A DNA stretch of 28,311 bases from Candidatus Heimdallarchaeota archaeon (lineage in GTDB: Archaea; Asgardarchaeota; Heimdallarchaeia; Heimdallarchaeales; Kariarchaeaceae). Below, piece after piece: positions 27,007-28,311 of the stretch. The notes beneath the pieces were generated by a model that was not told the origin of the DNA, did not search any database, and saw only the letters and a program-made list of their open reading frames with translations. The stretch covers positions 1 to 28,311 of the forward strand of contig WAKA01000190.1 of assembly GCA_015523565.1 (NCBI GenBank), given 5' to 3'. Positions within the stretch are counted from its first letter, which is position 1. Each line of letters starts with the position of its first letter. Both the position numbers and the translations under genes were made by a program.

Positions 27007-27975
27007 ATGCGTAATCAAGTTGAAATAATGGCGGAGATAATAGAGCCACGTCAAGATGTTGTCACCTCTCTCCATTTGGATGATGAAAATCGTTTGGTTG
27101 TTGGAATGGGGGATTACCGCGTTCGTTTCTGGGATCTGAAATCTTATATGTTCTTGAAAGAAATCACGGGATTCTGGGAAGTAAGAGCTGTTTCTTCAGA
27201 TGAAGATTATTATTATATTGGTACATTAAGGGAAACAATTGAAGTTCTGGATAAAAAAACCTTTGAAAAGGTCAAGACATTGAGGCATGATCTTGGAATT
27301 CTCCATCTTTTCACGGATGGTTTCTTTCTTTATTCATGCTCACATGATGGGTCTGTGAAGGTATTTGATTTGGAAGACCTATCGGAATATAAAGTCTTGA
27401 TAGGGCATATGGAACGGGCAAATTGTACATGGTCTGATGACAATTTTGTATTTGTGGGCGAGGGTTTTATGATGAAAGGAGGGGTTTCAATTTATGATGC
27501 CAAGGATTTCAAATTGGTAAACAAGCTTCAAGATTTGAATTGCAAAAGAATCAATGCAATTTCAGGGAATAAGGATTATTTATTTTTGGGACATGGAAGT
27601 CCTCCTCGGCTTACCGTATGGGACAGGGATGATTATTCCATAATTCATTCAATTGATAGTTTTAACCATGATGTAATAGACATTCAATTGAACACAAAAT
27701 CTGCATTTATTGCAAGCAAAAGGCAATTATTGAAAATAGACCTTGAAACCATGCTTCCAGAGATCTTTCTCGAAATTGATGGTTATCCAATCAGCAGAAT
27801 GGCAGTCAATGACAGGTTTGTCTTTTTGGGATCAGGTCCTGACGTCATTGGTCTTGATGCAAATTCGATGATGAAAGTTCTTGAATTGAGAGGAGACAGT
27901 GTGGAAAATATAGAGCAAACGGAAGAAGAGGAATATGGCAAAATGGAACGTTTCACTGGTTTTAGCTTGCTTTAG
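27007..27975 (+). CDS. WD40/beta-propeller repeat protein
   Basis: About 40-aa repeats (VRFWDL, SCSHDGSVKVFDL, LIGH, LTVWDR). Confidence 0.88.
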   Translation: MRNQVEIMAEIIEPRQDVVTSLHLDDENRLVVGMGDYRVRFWDLKSYMFLKEITGFWEVRAVSSDEDYYYIGTLRETIEVLDKKTFEKVKTLRHDLGILHLFTDGFFLYSCSHDGSVKVFDLEDLSEYKVLIGHMERANCTWSDDNFVFVGEGFMMKGGVSIYDAKDFKLVNKLQDLNCKRINAISGNKDYLFLGHGSPPRLTVWDRDDYSIIHSIDSFNHDVIDIQLNTKSAFIASKRQLLKIDLETMLPEIFLEIDGYPISRMAVNDRFVFLGSGPDVIGLDANSMMKVLELRGDSVENIEQTEEEEYGKMERFTGFSLL

Positions 27976-28275
27976 AACATTATTCCAATCTCGGGTTTGA
28001 CAGTTTTTACTGCTAGACCCTCTAATGGTTTGATTTTCTTGAAATTTCTTTTCTTATTGGTTACAACTTCAATTTGTTTCAATATTGTTCTAAATTTCCT
28101 GATTTGGACTTGAGCTTCTTTCAATCCTTCTGTTGAATATTCCAGAGGCTTTCGATAATTAATTTATATATCTAAAAAAGCAAGGTGTTCTTACCGAGTT
28201 TTTTTAGAACGTCCTTTATCGTAATAAATTCTTATGTGTTTTATTCATTTTTTCCTTGTTAGTGATTAGGAATCC
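27972..28275 (-). pseudogene. Decayed cysteinyl-tRNA synthetase-like fragment (KMSKS region), frameshifted
   Basis: Manual minus-strand translation across frames gives GFLITNKEKMNKTHKN / ITIKDVLKKLGKNTL / INYRKPLEYSTEGLKEAQ, collinear with the CysRS pattern GFL..GEKMSKSLGNFITI..(H)YR.PL.(F/Y)S.E.L. Confidence 0.6.
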
Positions 28276-28295
28276 TTAACGTCGGAATTTTCCAA

Positions 28296-28311
28296 CTGTC
28301 TCTTATACCCA
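28296..28311 (+). other. Probable Nextera/Tn5 mosaic-end adapter remnant
   Basis: CTGTCTCTTATACCCA matches CTGTCTCTTATACACA at 15/16 positions, at the extreme end of the sequence. Confidence 0.75.

Noticed and set aside
1-28311. tRNA, rRNA, IS elements and the remaining short ORFs of 60-125 aa overlapping larger genes
   Set aside because: No cloverleaf, rRNA or transposase signatures were recognised by eye. The short ORFs overlap well-supported genes and have no recognisable motifs.

Overview
AT-rich archaeal genomic window, most likely Asgard (Heimdallarchaeia-like). This is inferred from a longin-like protein, Zn-ribbon/Yip1-type membrane proteins, a TerB-like protein, cofG, a LysW pathway, GGTGA-type ribosome-binding sites and TATA-like promoters. 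The left end (1-6.4 kb) looks accessory or defence-related: membrane proteins with degenerate nuclease-like tails, an Rpn-like PD-(D/E)XK protein followed by a stand-alone, repeat-expanded copy of its own C-terminus, and an orphan type III Mod-like methyltransferase. The middle holds housekeeping and membrane genes (orphan MCP-like protein, DJ-1/PfpI, CofG, HAD, DUF3179, PspC). The strongest candidate for a new system is the 15.7-20.5 kb lysW-lysX-lysY-(class II glutamine amidotransferase)-lysZ/lysJ operon. Its LysW ends in EDWGQ instead of the essential EDWGE, no lysK is present in the window, and an Ntn-hydrolase sits inside the operon, suggesting a Pup/Dop-like carrier-deamidation step and/or a non-orthologous LysK. 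The right end has an acetoacetate-CoA ligase, a Dna2/TM0106-like nuclease-helicase, a WD40 protein, a decayed cysteinyl-tRNA synthetase fragment and a probable Nextera adapter remnant. No rRNA, tRNA or canonical CRISPR array was recognised.
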